Below, one piece after another: positions 10,035 to 20,086 of a DNA stretch of 58,500 bases. The DNA is from Verrucomicrobiales bacterium. Its GTDB lineage: Bacteria; Verrucomicrobiota; Verrucomicrobiia; Limisphaerales; F1-12-MAGs170. The first letter of the stretch is position 1; each line of letters opens with the position of its first letter. A program made the translations under genes and the position numbers. Where the stretch lies: NCBI GenBank assembly GCA_005777315.1, contig SXMN01000094.1, forward strand, positions 1-58,500, read 5' to 3'. The notes under the pieces are model-generated. The model searched no databases. It was not told the origin of the DNA and saw nothing but the letters and a program-made list of their open reading frames with translations.

Positions 10035-11183
10035 TCACGCCTTCCTTGCACGCACGGCCCTGAGCAGCGCCTTCATGTATCCGATGCTGTAAGCCCAGCC
10101 GGTGCGCGGCCCGCCGACCATCGTCGGCACGTGATCGGCAATTACTGCGCCGCGAAAGTCCACTTCGTGAAGCGTCTTCATCAGCTTCAACATGTCGGTG
10201 TAACCGTTATCCACGAAGGTCTCGACGAAGTGCGGGATCGGAGCGCTGACGTTGCGAAAGTGAATCTTCCATAGCTTGCCCATTTTCGCGAAAGCCCGCG
10301 CCGCCTCGAACACATCCTTGCCCATGTGCTTGCCGCCTTCCATCCAGGTGCCCGCGCAAAGGCAAACGCCGATGTTCGGGCTGTTGGCAATTTTCAAAGC
10401 GCGCGCGTAACCGTCGAAATTGCCGAAAATGCAACGCGGCACTCCACCCAGCTCGGGCACCGGCGGATCATCCGGATGAATGCCGATGCGCATGCCCAGC
10501 TCCTCTGCCAACGGCACTACCTGCTTGATGAAGTAGGTGTAATTCTCCCACAACTCTTCCTTGCTAAACTTGCGTCCATGCGTGATCGCGCCTTCGAAGA
10601 CGTTGGTTCCCCAGTAGCCCTTCGGATTCTTGCTCATGTCGAACGCGCGCGCGGAGGCATTGCCGCGAGTCGTTTCGCGAGCACTGCTCCAGATGCCATT
10701 CCCCATGTGCGCGTAAGTGGTGTAGGAGATCCCGGCTTTCGCGAGGTTCCGCAGGTAGTTCTTGTACTCCTCGATCTTCTGGTCGCGGCCCGGGAGGTTC
10801 AATGTCACCTCGTGCATGTTGTGGACATTGCTGTTGCCGATGTTCCACACCTTCAATCCGGCAGCTTCCACGCGCTGCTTCAAACGAACAAAATTATCGA
10901 GCGTCGCCCTGTCGCCACCGGTGGGGATGTTCACGTATTCGACACCGAGCTGCTGAGCGAATTGAAGATCCTCATCGCTGGCGTTGGTCGAGATTTGCAG
11001 GGAGATTTTGACGCCCGGAGGCAGCGGAGCCAGCTTCCCGGCCGCGCGGAGGTCGAGCGGATTCCAGACGGCCATTGCGGCGGCCGTGCCGGTGAGTTTC
11101 ATCAGGAAATGTCTTCGGTTCACAGGCTGAATGAGCGAAGTGGCGGTGAGAGCTTTCGGGTTTTGCATAAAGTAAGTGTTCAC
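10035..11183 (-). CDS. Mannonate dehydratase (UxuA)-family protein with twin-arginine signal
   Basis: LWENYTYFIKQVVPLAEELGMRIGIHPDDPP, IHFRNV, ADHVP, AYSIGYMKAL; N-terminal NRRHFL. Confidence 0.85.
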   Translation of the reverse strand: MNTYFMQNPKALTATSLIQPVNRRHFLMKLTGTAAAMAVWNPLDLRAAGKLAPLPPGVKISLQISTNASDEDLQFAQQLGVEYVNIPTGGDRATLDNFVRLKQRVEAAGLKVWNIGNSNVHNMHEVTLNLPGRDQKIEEYKNYLRNLAKAGISYTTYAHMGNGIWSSARETTRGNASARAFDMSKNPKGYWGTNVFEGAITHGRKFSKEELWENYTYFIKQVVPLAEELGMRIGIHPDDPPVPELGGVPRCIFGNFDGYARALKIANSPNIGVCLCAGTWMEGGKHMGKDVFEAARAFAKMGKLWKIHFRNVSAPIPHFVETFVDNGYTDMLKLMKTLHEVDFRGAVIADHVPTMVGGPRTGWAYSIGYMKALLRAVRARKA

Positions 11184-11494
11184 AGTGTTCGCATGACTCC
11201 ACGGGAGGTAATGGCGGCAGCCTGCAACGAACGACGGATTGTTTCAACGCGAAAACCGGCTTTCTTCCCTGGCGAAACCTGTAGGATCTGGCCGACCTTA
11301 GCCCGTCGCGAATGCCTGATAGATGCCCGCATCCCCTCACCAATGCCATGATGATGGTGAGCACACCTCCGCCTTTACCCGCTCGCAGAACAATCATCTC
11401 CCACATGCTCGCTGCGCGGTCCTGGATCTACTCCGTCTCGATCCAATTTCTTCGCGTGACTTCACGGAAAACGTGTCACATATTCCGCCGCGCT

Positions 11495-12127
11495 ATGAAG
11501 ATTACCTTTGCATTGTTGATGTCCCTGATGTTCGCGATGGTGGCCGCACGCGCCGCCGACGCTGAGAAGAAAGATGACAAGAAAGCCGCTCCCGCCGCCG
11601 ACTCCCCTGCCCCGGCCGCGGTGAAGGAAGTGGCCGTCATCAAGACGACGGAAGGCGACATGGTCGTCGAGTTCTGGCCGGATGTGGCACCAAACACGGT
11701 TGATAATTTCAAGAAGCTCGCGCGAAAAGGATTCTATGACGGGACTGCGTTTCACCGAGTCATCAAGGGGTTCATGATCCAGGGCGGCGATCCGCTCACC
11801 AAGGATCCGACCAAGGAAAGCGCATGGGGCACCGGAGATCCAGGGTACAAGATCAAGGCGGAGTTTAACGAGAAATCCCACGTCCGCGGCGTCCTCTCGA
11901 TGGCACGTTCGCAGAACCCCGACTCAGCCGGGAGCCAGTTCTTCATCTGCCATGGCGATCCCAAGTTCCTCGACCGCCAGTACACGACGTTTGGCAAGTT
12001 GATCCAGGGGGATGATGTGCTCGAGAAGATCGCCACCACAAAGACTCATCCGCCGGATCGACCGGACAAGCGAATGGGCGTGGAGAGCATCAAGATTCTC
12101 CCGGCGGATTCCATAAAATCGAAATAA
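11495..12127 (+). CDS. Cyclophilin-type peptidyl-prolyl isomerase, exported
   Basis: Signal peptide MKITFALLMSLMFAMVAARA; FYDGTAFHRVIKGFMIQGGDP, SAGSQFFI. Confidence 0.95.
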   Translation: MKITFALLMSLMFAMVAARAADAEKKDDKKAAPAADSPAPAAVKEVAVIKTTEGDMVVEFWPDVAPNTVDNFKKLARKGFYDGTAFHRVIKGFMIQGGDPLTKDPTKESAWGTGDPGYKIKAEFNEKSHVRGVLSMARSQNPDSAGSQFFICHGDPKFLDRQYTTFGKLIQGDDVLEKIATTKTHPPDRPDKRMGVESIKILPADSIKSK

Positions 12128-12151
12128 CAACTCCGTCAAATCGATCTACCA

Positions 12152-12670
12152 GTGAATAAAATCGAAAACGAAGTGGCAGTGATCAAGACGTCCGAAGGCG
12201 AGATGGTCCTCTCTTTCTGGCCTGATGTCGCACCGAAGACCGTCGAGAACTTCAAGAAGCTCGCCAAACAGGGGTTCTATGACGGAACCGCGTTTCATCG
12301 GGTTGTGAAGGGTTTCATGATTCAAGGCGGAGATCCATTGACGAAGGATCCTGGCGCGGAGCATTCATGGGGCACGGGCGATCCCGGCTACAAGATCAAG
12401 GCCGAGTTCAACGACCGTCCGCACGTGCGCGGCGTCATCTCAATGGCGCGTTCGCAGAATCCCGATTCGGCCGGCTGCCAGTTTTTCATCTGCCTCGGCG
12501 ACGCCAAGTTTCTGGACCGCCAGTACACCACCTTTGGTCAACTGACCAAAGGTGATGAAGTCCTCGGACGTATTGGCGATGTGCCGACCGTTTCTGGCGG
12601 AGGTGGCGAGCGAAGCAAGCCGACGAAGCGCATGAATGTGGAGAGCATCCGCATTGTCGCCGTTCCATGA
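12152..12670 (+). CDS. Cyclophilin-type peptidyl-prolyl isomerase, cytoplasmic
   Basis: FYDGTAFHRVVKGFMIQGGDP, SAGCQFFI; no signal peptide. Confidence 0.95.
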   Translation: MNKIENEVAVIKTSEGEMVLSFWPDVAPKTVENFKKLAKQGFYDGTAFHRVVKGFMIQGGDPLTKDPGAEHSWGTGDPGYKIKAEFNDRPHVRGVISMARSQNPDSAGCQFFICLGDAKFLDRQYTTFGQLTKGDEVLGRIGDVPTVSGGGGERSKPTKRMNVESIRIVAVP

Positions 12671-12692
12671 TCTGATCGGGGATGACTCGCTC

Positions 12693-12887
12693 ATGGATCT
12701 GGTCATCCTCGCGCAAGCCTTGACGGCCATGGGTTGCCCATCGGAGAAGTCGCAGGAAATGGCGGCAATGCTCGACAAGCGAGCCCACCAGCTCGCCGCC
12801 GAACGAAGGCAGACTTACGAGCATGCGCTGACTCATCTGCTCGGGCTGATGCGGCAGGGTTGGGCAGCGACAGAGCGAGGTCTGTGA
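12693..12887 (+). CDS. Small hypothetical helical protein
   Basis: 64-aa ORF filling the gap in a co-oriented gene run (MDLVILAQALTAMGCP...MLDKRAHQLA). Confidence 0.6.
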   Translation: MDLVILAQALTAMGCPSEKSQEMAAMLDKRAHQLAAERRQTYEHALTHLLGLMRQGWAATERGL

Positions 12888-12956
12888 AATGTGCGGAGCA
12901 ACAACTTCCTCGGGCAACCGTTGCTTCCGGAACTGGTCTGCGTTAGGTTTATCGAC

Positions 12957-13553
12957 ATGATTGCGGCTCCTGCAGAATCTCCGGCAGCGGTTGAGTTCGT
13001 CGCACCCGTCGTGCCACGTCCTTACACCTACGACGATCTGGTGGCTGAGTTTCAGGAATCAACCCAACCCGGCGAGCTTTGGGATGGGCAACTCGTTATG
13101 TCACCCACACCTTCTTATTCTCATCAGAAAATCGTATTGAGATTCTTTCGGGTTCTGGACGATTGGGTTCGTGCCCGACAACTCGGAGAGGTGGTGAGCG
13201 CCCCGATCGACATGGTGCTCTCGCCGCATCTGGCCGTGCAGCCAGATGTGGCGTTCATTGCAAAAGAGCGCTTAAACATCATCCAGCGCGTGATCATGGG
13301 GCCGGTAGATCTGGCCGCCGAGGTCGTCTCGCTCGGAGGCCGCAACCGCGACCGCATCGAGAAACGCGACCTGTACGAGCAACATGGCATTAAGGAGTAT
13401 TGGATTATCGATCCCGAGCCGGAAAGCGTCGATGTGCTGCACTTGGAAAACGGCCAGTACCAGCTCGCGCAACGCTATGGCAAGGGCGGAGAAGCCGCCT
13501 CTCGCCTGCTGCCCGGCTTCCGTGCGGCGGTGGATTATTTGTTTCACGGTTGA
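12957..13553 (+). CDS. Uma2/DUF820 family PD-(D/E)XK endonuclease-like protein
   Basis: ELWDGQLVMSPTP, VQPDVAFI, DLAAEVVS, KRDLYEQHGIKEYWIIDP. Confidence 0.92.
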   Translation: MIAAPAESPAAVEFVAPVVPRPYTYDDLVAEFQESTQPGELWDGQLVMSPTPSYSHQKIVLRFFRVLDDWVRARQLGEVVSAPIDMVLSPHLAVQPDVAFIAKERLNIIQRVIMGPVDLAAEVVSLGGRNRDRIEKRDLYEQHGIKEYWIIDPEPESVDVLHLENGQYQLAQRYGKGGEAASRLLPGFRAAVDYLFHG

Positions 13554-13589
13554 GCCCCCGGTGGAGTGGTTTCAACTGCCTTTTTTAGA

Positions 13590-14147
13590 ATGATTCGTCC
13601 GTGGCCCAAGCTTGTTTCCAAGCCCGCCGGTGATTTTCGCATCTTCCAGGTGCGGACAGATCGCAAAGTTTCACCTCGCACCGGAGCGGAGCACGAATTC
13701 CACGTCATCGATTGTGCGAACTGGGTCAACGTGGTCGCGCTGACACCTAACGATCAATTGGTGATGGTCGAGCAGTACCGTCACGGCTCGGGAACTGTCG
13801 AACTCGAAATTCCCGGCGGCATGATCGACGCGGAAGACGCGACACCCGTCACCGCCGGTGTTCGTGAGCTAAGGGAAGAAACCGGTTACGAAGGCGGGGT
13901 ACCATTCCTCCTTGGCGAGATATTTCCAAACCCCGCGATTCAGAGCAACACCTGCTACACCGTGCTGGTGCGGGATTGTCACTTGCGCCACGTCACGGAG
14001 TTCGACCACGGCGAGGATATCATCACACGGCTGGTCCCAGCTTCGGAAATTCCTTCGCTCATTGCCGAAGGGAAGATCCGGCATTCGCTGGTCGTGGTGG
14101 CTCTGGCGCACTTCGACTTTTGGCGGCGGCGTCAACTCGCGAAATAG
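13590..14147 (+). CDS. NUDIX hydrolase (ADP-ribose pyrophosphatase-like)
   Basis: VEQYRHG...LEIPGGMIDAEDATPVTAGVRELREETG Nudix box. Confidence 0.93.
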   Translation: MIRPWPKLVSKPAGDFRIFQVRTDRKVSPRTGAEHEFHVIDCANWVNVVALTPNDQLVMVEQYRHGSGTVELEIPGGMIDAEDATPVTAGVRELREETGYEGGVPFLLGEIFPNPAIQSNTCYTVLVRDCHLRHVTEFDHGEDIITRLVPASEIPSLIAEGKIRHSLVVVALAHFDFWRRRQLAK

Positions 14148-14153
14148 GCGCTG

Positions 14154-15008
14154 CTACACGTAGAGCGCCGCCTTCAACTCCAGGACTAATACGCTCATGA
14201 ATGGGTAGCGTTTGTCCATCTCACGCTCGATGCATTTGAGGACGATGCGTTCCAGCGCCGGCGGAATGTCTGGATTGATCTGACGGAGCGGCTGGAAATC
14301 GATGGAGCGGTCCAGTTGCCGCCGCAGGATTTCCTGTGGTGAACCGCCCGGAAATGGCTTCACGCCCGTCAAGAGTTCGTAGGCCATCACGCCGAAGGCA
14401 AAAATATCCACCCGATGATCAATGGGCTGCCGCAACAATTGCTCCGGCGCCATGTACGCGGGCGTTCCAGGATTGTCGGAAGTCTTTTGAGGTTGCTCCG
14501 GTTTTGGTTGCGACAGGTCAAAATCAACGAGCCGGACGTTTCCGTTGCGAGTCACCAGGATGTTCTCCGGCTTGAAGTCGAGATGCATGAAACCGCTGTC
14601 ATGCACATGTTCAAGCGCCTCTGCCGCGTCGATCAAAATGTTGCCGAGCTGCTCGCCCAACACTGGATCGCCCAGCGCCATGAGCTGCTTCAAATTCGCG
14701 CCCTCGACGTATTCCATCGCCAGAAAATGCGCGCCATTGATCTTCCCGTGTTCGACGTAGCTGATGACGAACTCGTGATGGTGGATCTGCGACAGCACCT
14801 CGCACCCGCGCAGAAAACGCTTGCGGGCCGTGAAATCAAAAAACGAGCTGGCTCGCAGGTGTCTGAGGGCGAAATGCTCACCACTCGAATTGGTGGCGAG
14901 CCATATATCCGCCGCGCCTCCGCTGTTGATCAATTCCTGCAAGCAGTAGTGCCCAAACGGCCCCGGCTGGAGCTGCTCCTCTGATTTTCCCTTTCCGAAT
15001 ATCGACAT
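14154..15008 (-). CDS. Hanks-type Ser/Thr protein kinase-like protein (atypical motifs)
   Basis: HLDFKPENIL, GTPAYMAPEQ, DIFAFG; beta-3 Lys appears as Arg and DFG as DFD. Confidence 0.9.
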   Translation of the reverse strand: MSIFGKGKSEEQLQPGPFGHYCLQELINSGGAADIWLATNSSGEHFALRHLRASSFFDFTARKRFLRGCEVLSQIHHHEFVISYVEHGKINGAHFLAMEYVEGANLKQLMALGDPVLGEQLGNILIDAAEALEHVHDSGFMHLDFKPENILVTRNGNVRLVDFDLSQPKPEQPQKTSDNPGTPAYMAPEQLLRQPIDHRVDIFAFGVMAYELLTGVKPFPGGSPQEILRRQLDRSIDFQPLRQINPDIPPALERIVLKCIEREMDKRYPFMSVLVLELKAALYV

Positions 15009-15119
15009 CCGCCTTTTAACTAACGACTCGCCTCAAGCCGGTCAACTCGACGGACCTTCAAAGGATTAAATGCTGGGATGCCTGGAGGCATGACGTTCCG
15101 CGGCTTCGTAGTTGGATCA

Positions 15120-15224
15120 TCACAACCCCTTCCTCGCGATCAGTTCTTGGGCTCGTTTCAGGGCATCCTCTACATCCGCGCAGACGCTCTCATCGCCAAG
15201 CCACTCGATGTTGTTCCTGGTCAC
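15120..15224 (-). pseudogene. Possible 3' remnant of a SulP/STAS-domain gene
   Basis: Hand translation gives NNIEWLGDESVCADVEDALKRAQELIARKGL*, resembling the final helix of SulP STAS domains; no upstream body present. Confidence 0.35.
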
Positions 15225-15251
15225 GGCTCAGCAGAGCCGGCGGAGGAAAAG

Positions 15252-15280
15252 GAAAAGCCGGTGGAGGCCACCGGCTTTTC
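15252..15280 (-). terminator. Intrinsic terminator
   Basis: Perfect hairpin GAAAAGCCGGTGG-AGG-CCACCGGCTTTTC with T-rich tails, 33 nt downstream of the prepilin-like gene stop. Confidence 0.8.
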
Positions 15281-15312
15281 AGGAAGCATGGAGTCTAAGA
15301 TCGCTTCGAAAC

Positions 15313-16119
15313 TCAGTTCACCTGGTAAGTGGCGAGACGGAAGCGCTCGAGGTCTCGGTCACCTTTCTTGGTGTTATTATCAGTCCCTTTGAGCTTTTGC
15401 GTGGTCGGTTCACGCCAGCGCCAGGTCTCTGCGTGGCCATCGGCGAACGAGAGGTTGCCGCCATTCCCGTGCCGGCTGGCGGGAGTGTTCTGCCAGTATC
15501 CATTGTTCGGCACCTTGGCTTGCACCGCGAAGAAACCGTCGTCGATGCTGTCTTTGTGTTCGTCAACAAATACAAAAGCCTCCGTGGGGCTGGGTTTGTT
15601 GATGCTTCCGCTCTTGAGGAAGAATCCGATGCCGGGATTCACGAAATCGCAGCAGGATACGTCACCGCCCATTCGTCCACTCATTGAAAAGCTGCGCACA
15701 CGGATGATGCTCTTGAGTCCCTGTTTGAAAGCGACGTCGGCCGGGCATTTGTAGATTTCCATCGAAGTGTTGTACTGGTAGAGTCGGCCATTCTTGATGT
15801 CGAGTTGGTTGGTCCAGCCCGGCCCGGTATTGACGTTGCCGCCAATCCAGGCGTTGGTGGTGCCGAGGAAATTTCGGACGACGTTATCGTTGTTGTCATC
15901 CGCGTAAAGCTGCCAGGCTAGTTGCATCTGTTTCAAGTTGTTGATGCACTTGATGCCGGTTGCCTTCGATTTCGCCTTGGAAAGCGCGGGCAAAAGCATC
16001 CCCGCCAGAATCGCGATGATGGCGATGACGACGAGAAGCTCGATGAGGGTGAAGCCGCAGCGGCGCAAGTGTGACGGGTGTTTTTGGCCATGCATATTGT
16101 TCATAGACTCGGGTGTCAT
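15313..16119 (-). CDS. Prepilin-type N-terminal cleavage/methylation protein with H-X9-DG tail (DUF1559-like)
   Basis: [58 protein letters not shown]. Confidence 0.93.
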   Translation of the reverse strand: MTPESMNNMHGQKHPSHLRRCGFTLIELLVVIAIIAILAGMLLPALSKAKSKATGIKCINNLKQMQLAWQLYADDNNDNVVRNFLGTTNAWIGGNVNTGPGWTNQLDIKNGRLYQYNTSMEIYKCPADVAFKQGLKSIIRVRSFSMSGRMGGDVSCCDFVNPGIGFFLKSGSINKPSPTEAFVFVDEHKDSIDDGFFAVQAKVPNNGYWQNTPASRHGNGGNLSFADGHAETWRWREPTTQKLKGTDNNTKKGDRDLERFRLATYQVN

Positions 16120-16341
16120 CCAAGACGGGCAATTTTGGTAATTTAGAGCGCGTCCGCTTGAAAGGTCAATGCCGCTGAACTGGGCTTCTCGCCGCCCAGG
16201 GGTGAAGTGGCAGGTGGAATTCCTTTCGGTCAGCTCGTGCAGGAACTTTAGCGCTGGCAGGTAGGCTTAAAAGGCCATGGCACTATTTCCGAGCCCCGTT
16301 TCAGGGCTTTCCCAAAGCCCAGCCTCGCGCTTGGGGCCGAG

Positions 16342-17172
16342 CTATTGGTTGTAGGCAGTTGCTCTTTGAAAGCGGGCGAGGTCCCTATCGCCTTTCTTGC
16401 CGGGTTCATCCCAAGTCTTCCGTTTGCCCGTCTCCGGTTCGATCCATTTCCAGAACTCGGCATGGCCATCCGCAAACGATAGGGTTCCGCCGTTTCCGTG
16501 TGTGCTCGCGGGGAGGTTTTGCCAGATGTTTTGGAAGCCTTTGACCGCAAAGAATCCGTCTTCGATGGTATTTGGATGCTCGTGAATGAACACATTGGCG
16601 CTGGACGGGCCCGGCCGGGTAATGTCCGAGGTTCTCTTGTTTGGTCCGAACTCCTTCGCCTTGGGATCCTGCACCCAGGATGTGTCAGCCGCGCCGTAGC
16701 GGGATGCGTCAGATGCATCGGCCCCTCCCATGCGGCCGTTCATGGTGTAGGTTCGCACCCGGTAAACCTTCTTGCCCCCCAATGGCTCCGGCGGATCATT
16801 CGGGCAACGGTAAATCTCGACAGAGGTGTTATAAGGAAACAGCGTGCCCGCTTTGATGACCTCAACATTGGTCATGCCAGGTTGCCCTTTGCCGACGTTG
16901 ACGGTGCCATCGATCCATGCCCTCTTGTCTCCAACCCAGTTCTTTACAAGATACTCATTGTTGTCCCCGGGATACATGTACCAAGCCAGCGACAATTGCT
17001 TAAGATTGTTCACGCATCTTGTTGTGCCCGCCTTCGTCTTCGCTTTGGACAAGGCCGGCAAGAGCATTCCGGCCAGAATCGCGATGATGGCGATGACGAC
17101 GAGAAGCTCGATGAGCGTGAAACCGAGGCTCCGGATGCGGTTGGATGGCGATGATGTTGAGGTTTTTTTCAT
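16342..17172 (-). CDS. Prepilin-type N-terminal cleavage/methylation protein with H-X9-DG tail (DUF1559-like)
   Basis: [58 protein letters not shown]. Confidence 0.93.
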   Translation of the reverse strand: MKKTSTSSPSNRIRSLGFTLIELLVVIAIIAILAGMLLPALSKAKTKAGTTRCVNNLKQLSLAWYMYPGDNNEYLVKNWVGDKRAWIDGTVNVGKGQPGMTNVEVIKAGTLFPYNTSVEIYRCPNDPPEPLGGKKVYRVRTYTMNGRMGGADASDASRYGAADTSWVQDPKAKEFGPNKRTSDITRPGPSSANVFIHEHPNTIEDGFFAVKGFQNIWQNLPASTHGNGGTLSFADGHAEFWKWIEPETGKRKTWDEPGKKGDRDLARFQRATAYNQ

Positions 17173-17443
17173 AGACTGTGCCTGCTGCTTGGTTATTGGG
17201 ATTGGCAAAATCTACATTGGTTTAAGGATGTGCGTCAATGGCCTTGCATGAGCTTTTTGCCGCCCAAGAGGAAGGCAGCTTTGATTTGGCAACATCCCCG
17301 GGAAGTTCGCATCACCGAAACTTTCAAATTCAAAACCTCAATCTTCTTGCACCTTGCACCTTACACCCAACTTCCGCCTTTGGGCTGGCGTCCATTCAGG
17401 AATCTGTTACTCGTCTCTCTGGAAACAAATTCAAATTCGCGCC

Positions 17444-18205
17444 ATGAAACAAGCCCTTCTTTTCTCACTCGTCACGCTCACCCTGACCCTGACTGCCCCA
17501 CTCAGCGATGCTCAACCCGTCGGTCCGATGGGTGGCCCTCCCAGAGGTCCCAAGTTCAGCGGGGCCATGAACAAGTTGTTCGGTGATAATTCTGCGTTTT
17601 CAGCGAAAATAGAAATGAACATCCAGGAGGCGGGACGCGACGAGAAAATGACCATCCCAGGAACGCTGGCTTTCCACGACGGGAAAAGCCGCTTTGAGAT
17701 GGACGTCGCCGAGACGAAGGGCGCGCGCATCCCGCCCCAGGCCGCCGCCCAGATGAAAGCCATGGGCTTTGGAGAAATCGCTGTCATCGCGCTCCCGGAC
17801 AAGAAGCTTTCTTACATGATCTATACTGGAATGGAGTCCTACGTTGAGAGCGCGCTTTCGGATGACGAAGCGGCGGGGCCGGAAGCCAGGTTCAAGATGG
17901 ACTCGACGGAACTCGGCAAGGAAACCGTGGATGGCCACCCGTGCACAAAGAACAAAGCCACCATTACGAGTGACAAGGGAGTCAAACATGAATCGACCGT
18001 CTGGAATGCGTCGGACCTTAAAAATTTTCCGATCAAGATCCAGTACATCGAGGACGGAAAGAACGCCATCCTGTCCTTCACCGAAGTAAAGTTCGACAAA
18101 CCCGACGCCGCAAAGTTCGTGGTGCCTGCCAAATTCACCAAATATGGCAGCATGGGGGAACTCATGCGTGGTGTCATGATGAAGCAGTTTCGCGGCGGCA
18201 AGTAG
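17444..18205 (+). CDS. Exported protein, DUF4412-like
   Basis: Signal peptide; LGKETVDGHPCTK and VW...DLKNFPIKI beta-rich pattern; family assignment tentative. Confidence 0.7.
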   Translation: MKQALLFSLVTLTLTLTAPLSDAQPVGPMGGPPRGPKFSGAMNKLFGDNSAFSAKIEMNIQEAGRDEKMTIPGTLAFHDGKSRFEMDVAETKGARIPPQAAAQMKAMGFGEIAVIALPDKKLSYMIYTGMESYVESALSDDEAAGPEARFKMDSTELGKETVDGHPCTKNKATITSDKGVKHESTVWNASDLKNFPIKIQYIEDGKNAILSFTEVKFDKPDAAKFVVPAKFTKYGSMGELMRGVMMKQFRGGK

Positions 18206-18272
18206 GATTCACCCCCCTGCTCCCCACCCGCCCCAGATCAACCACGGCAACATTCAACGCTCCGCCTGTTCC

Positions 18273-19154
18273 ATGAAGATTCTGTGCATTCACGCGCACT
18301 TCGACGACTTTGAGTTTGTCGCTGGCGGCACGTTCGAGATCTGGAAACGCAAACTCGGCCTCGACCTCCGAGCCAGAGTGGTGGTCTGCACCGACGGAAA
18401 AGCGGGGCACCACTTCAGGACGCGCGAAGACACCTCACGCATCCGCATCCAGGAACAGGAGTCATCGGCTCGGATGGGCGGCTACGAGTTGGAGATACTC
18501 CGTTTGCCGAACGGGGAGATTCCGCGAGAAGCCTGCCTTCAAGTGGATACACCGTTGCTGGCGGCACTTTGGAAGTGCATCCGGGAGTTTGAGCCGGATT
18601 ACCTTTTCTGCCCTCCCATCCCGAATGACATGCTGGCGGGCATCCACGTCGATCACGTGGCGGTCGCGGAGGCGATCCGCAAGGTCGCCTACATGATCAA
18701 TGTCCCCCACGCTTTCACCCCGGAATATCCGGCGGATGAAACGACATCACAGCCCTGCAAAGTGCCTGTCATCCTTAACGTGTATGACGGTTACATGGCA
18801 GGTGCCAACGCTCGCGACATCGCAATTGATGTCGAGGATGCGTATTCCAAGATCTCCGAAATGACTTTCTGCCACCAATCCCAGATCAAGGAGTGGCTGC
18901 CGTGGGTTGACCGGCATCAGATGAAGGCGCCTCGCGATTTGGGCGGTTGGTCCACCGAACTTCGCAAGCGTTTTCTCCGGCAGAACAGGGAATTGGGCAT
19001 CCATTCGGAGCGGGCTCATGAAGTGTTCAACGTGACGGCGTGGGGTGTTGTTCCAACCATCGAAAAATTGCTGCACGATTTCCCTGGAATATCTGTCGAG
19101 TTCTCCGGTCTCCAGGAGCTCGGTCTGCGGCTTGCGAGATGGCGAGGCGAATAG
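18273..19154 (+). CDS. PIG-L/LmbE family deacetylase
   Basis: ILCIHAHFDD, TDGKAG and HVDH zinc-site motifs. Confidence 0.88.
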   Translation: MKILCIHAHFDDFEFVAGGTFEIWKRKLGLDLRARVVVCTDGKAGHHFRTREDTSRIRIQEQESSARMGGYELEILRLPNGEIPREACLQVDTPLLAALWKCIREFEPDYLFCPPIPNDMLAGIHVDHVAVAEAIRKVAYMINVPHAFTPEYPADETTSQPCKVPVILNVYDGYMAGANARDIAIDVEDAYSKISEMTFCHQSQIKEWLPWVDRHQMKAPRDLGGWSTELRKRFLRQNRELGIHSERAHEVFNVTAWGVVPTIEKLLHDFPGISVEFSGLQELGLRLARWRGE

Positions 19155-19186
19155 ACCGGGGCAACTCGCACTTCCACATCGCTTCC

Positions 19187-20086
19187 ATGTCCGCCGAACG
19201 GCATCAACGCAGCCTTCGCGTCACGCTGGCCGGCCTTGCCGTCAACATCGTGCTTGTGGGGACAAAGTTCACGGCGGGAGTTGTCGGCCATTCTCATGCG
19301 CTTGTCGCGGATGCGGTTGAATCCTTCGCCGACATCATCAGCTCGTTGATTGTCTGGCGGGGGCTTGTCGTTGCGGCGACCCCGGCGGATGAGGATCACC
19401 CGTACGGACATGGCAAGGCAGAAGCCATCGCCGCCGCTGTTGTCTCCTCGATGCTTCTGCTGGCTGCCGTTTGGATTGGAGTTACCGCAGTACGGGAAAT
19501 CATCCGGCCGCATCACCCGCCTGCACCATTCACCATCCTTGTTCTGCTGGGGGTCATTCTGATCAAGGAAACCCTCTTTCGCTTCGTGTGGAGCGAGGCC
19601 AGTGCTTTGGAGAGTTCTGTGGTGGAGACAGACGCCTGGCATCATCGGAGCGATGCCATCACTTCCCTGGCGGCCGCCATCGGCATCGCGGTTGCCTTGA
19701 TAGGAGGCAAGGGCTACGAGATGGCGGACGACATCGCCGCGCTCGTCGCTGCGGTGATCATCGCGTGGAATGGATGGCGGCTGCTGCGGCCTGCCCTGGA
19801 TGAATTGATGGATGCGGCGCCCACTCGATCCGTATCCCAGGTCATCCGCTCGATTGCCAGCGGTGTGAGCGGAGTGGAATTGGTGGAGAAGTGCTACGTC
19901 CGCAAAATGGGCTGGCATTATTATGTGGACATGCACATCGAACTGGCACCGGAGATGACCGTCCGCGAATCACACGAAATCGCGCATCGAGTCAAAGACG
20001 CCGTTCGCGGAGCGATGCCCAAAGTGGTGGATGTGCTGGTCCACATTGAACCTGCAGGCCATTCCTCGCCGAAATCTGAAGACTGA
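19187..20086 (+). CDS. Cation diffusion facilitator family transporter
   Basis: SHALVADAVES, PADEDHPYGHGKAE, DAWHHRSD, DVLVHIEP. Confidence 0.95.
   Translation: MSAERHQRSLRVTLAGLAVNIVLVGTKFTAGVVGHSHALVADAVESFADIISSLIVWRGLVVAATPADEDHPYGHGKAEAIAAAVVSSMLLLAAVWIGVTAVREIIRPHHPPAPFTILVLLGVILIKETLFRFVWSEASALESSVVETDAWHHRSDAITSLAAAIGIAVALIGGKGYEMADDIAALVAAVIIAWNGWRLLRPALDELMDAAPTRSVSQVIRSIASGVSGVELVEKCYVRKMGWHYYVDMHIELAPEMTVRESHEIAHRVKDAVRGAMPKVVDVLVHIEPAGHSSPKSED

Noticed and set aside
10326-11351. 341-aa plus-strand ORF
   Set aside because: Antisense shadow of the UxuA-like gene, typical of GC-rich codon bias.
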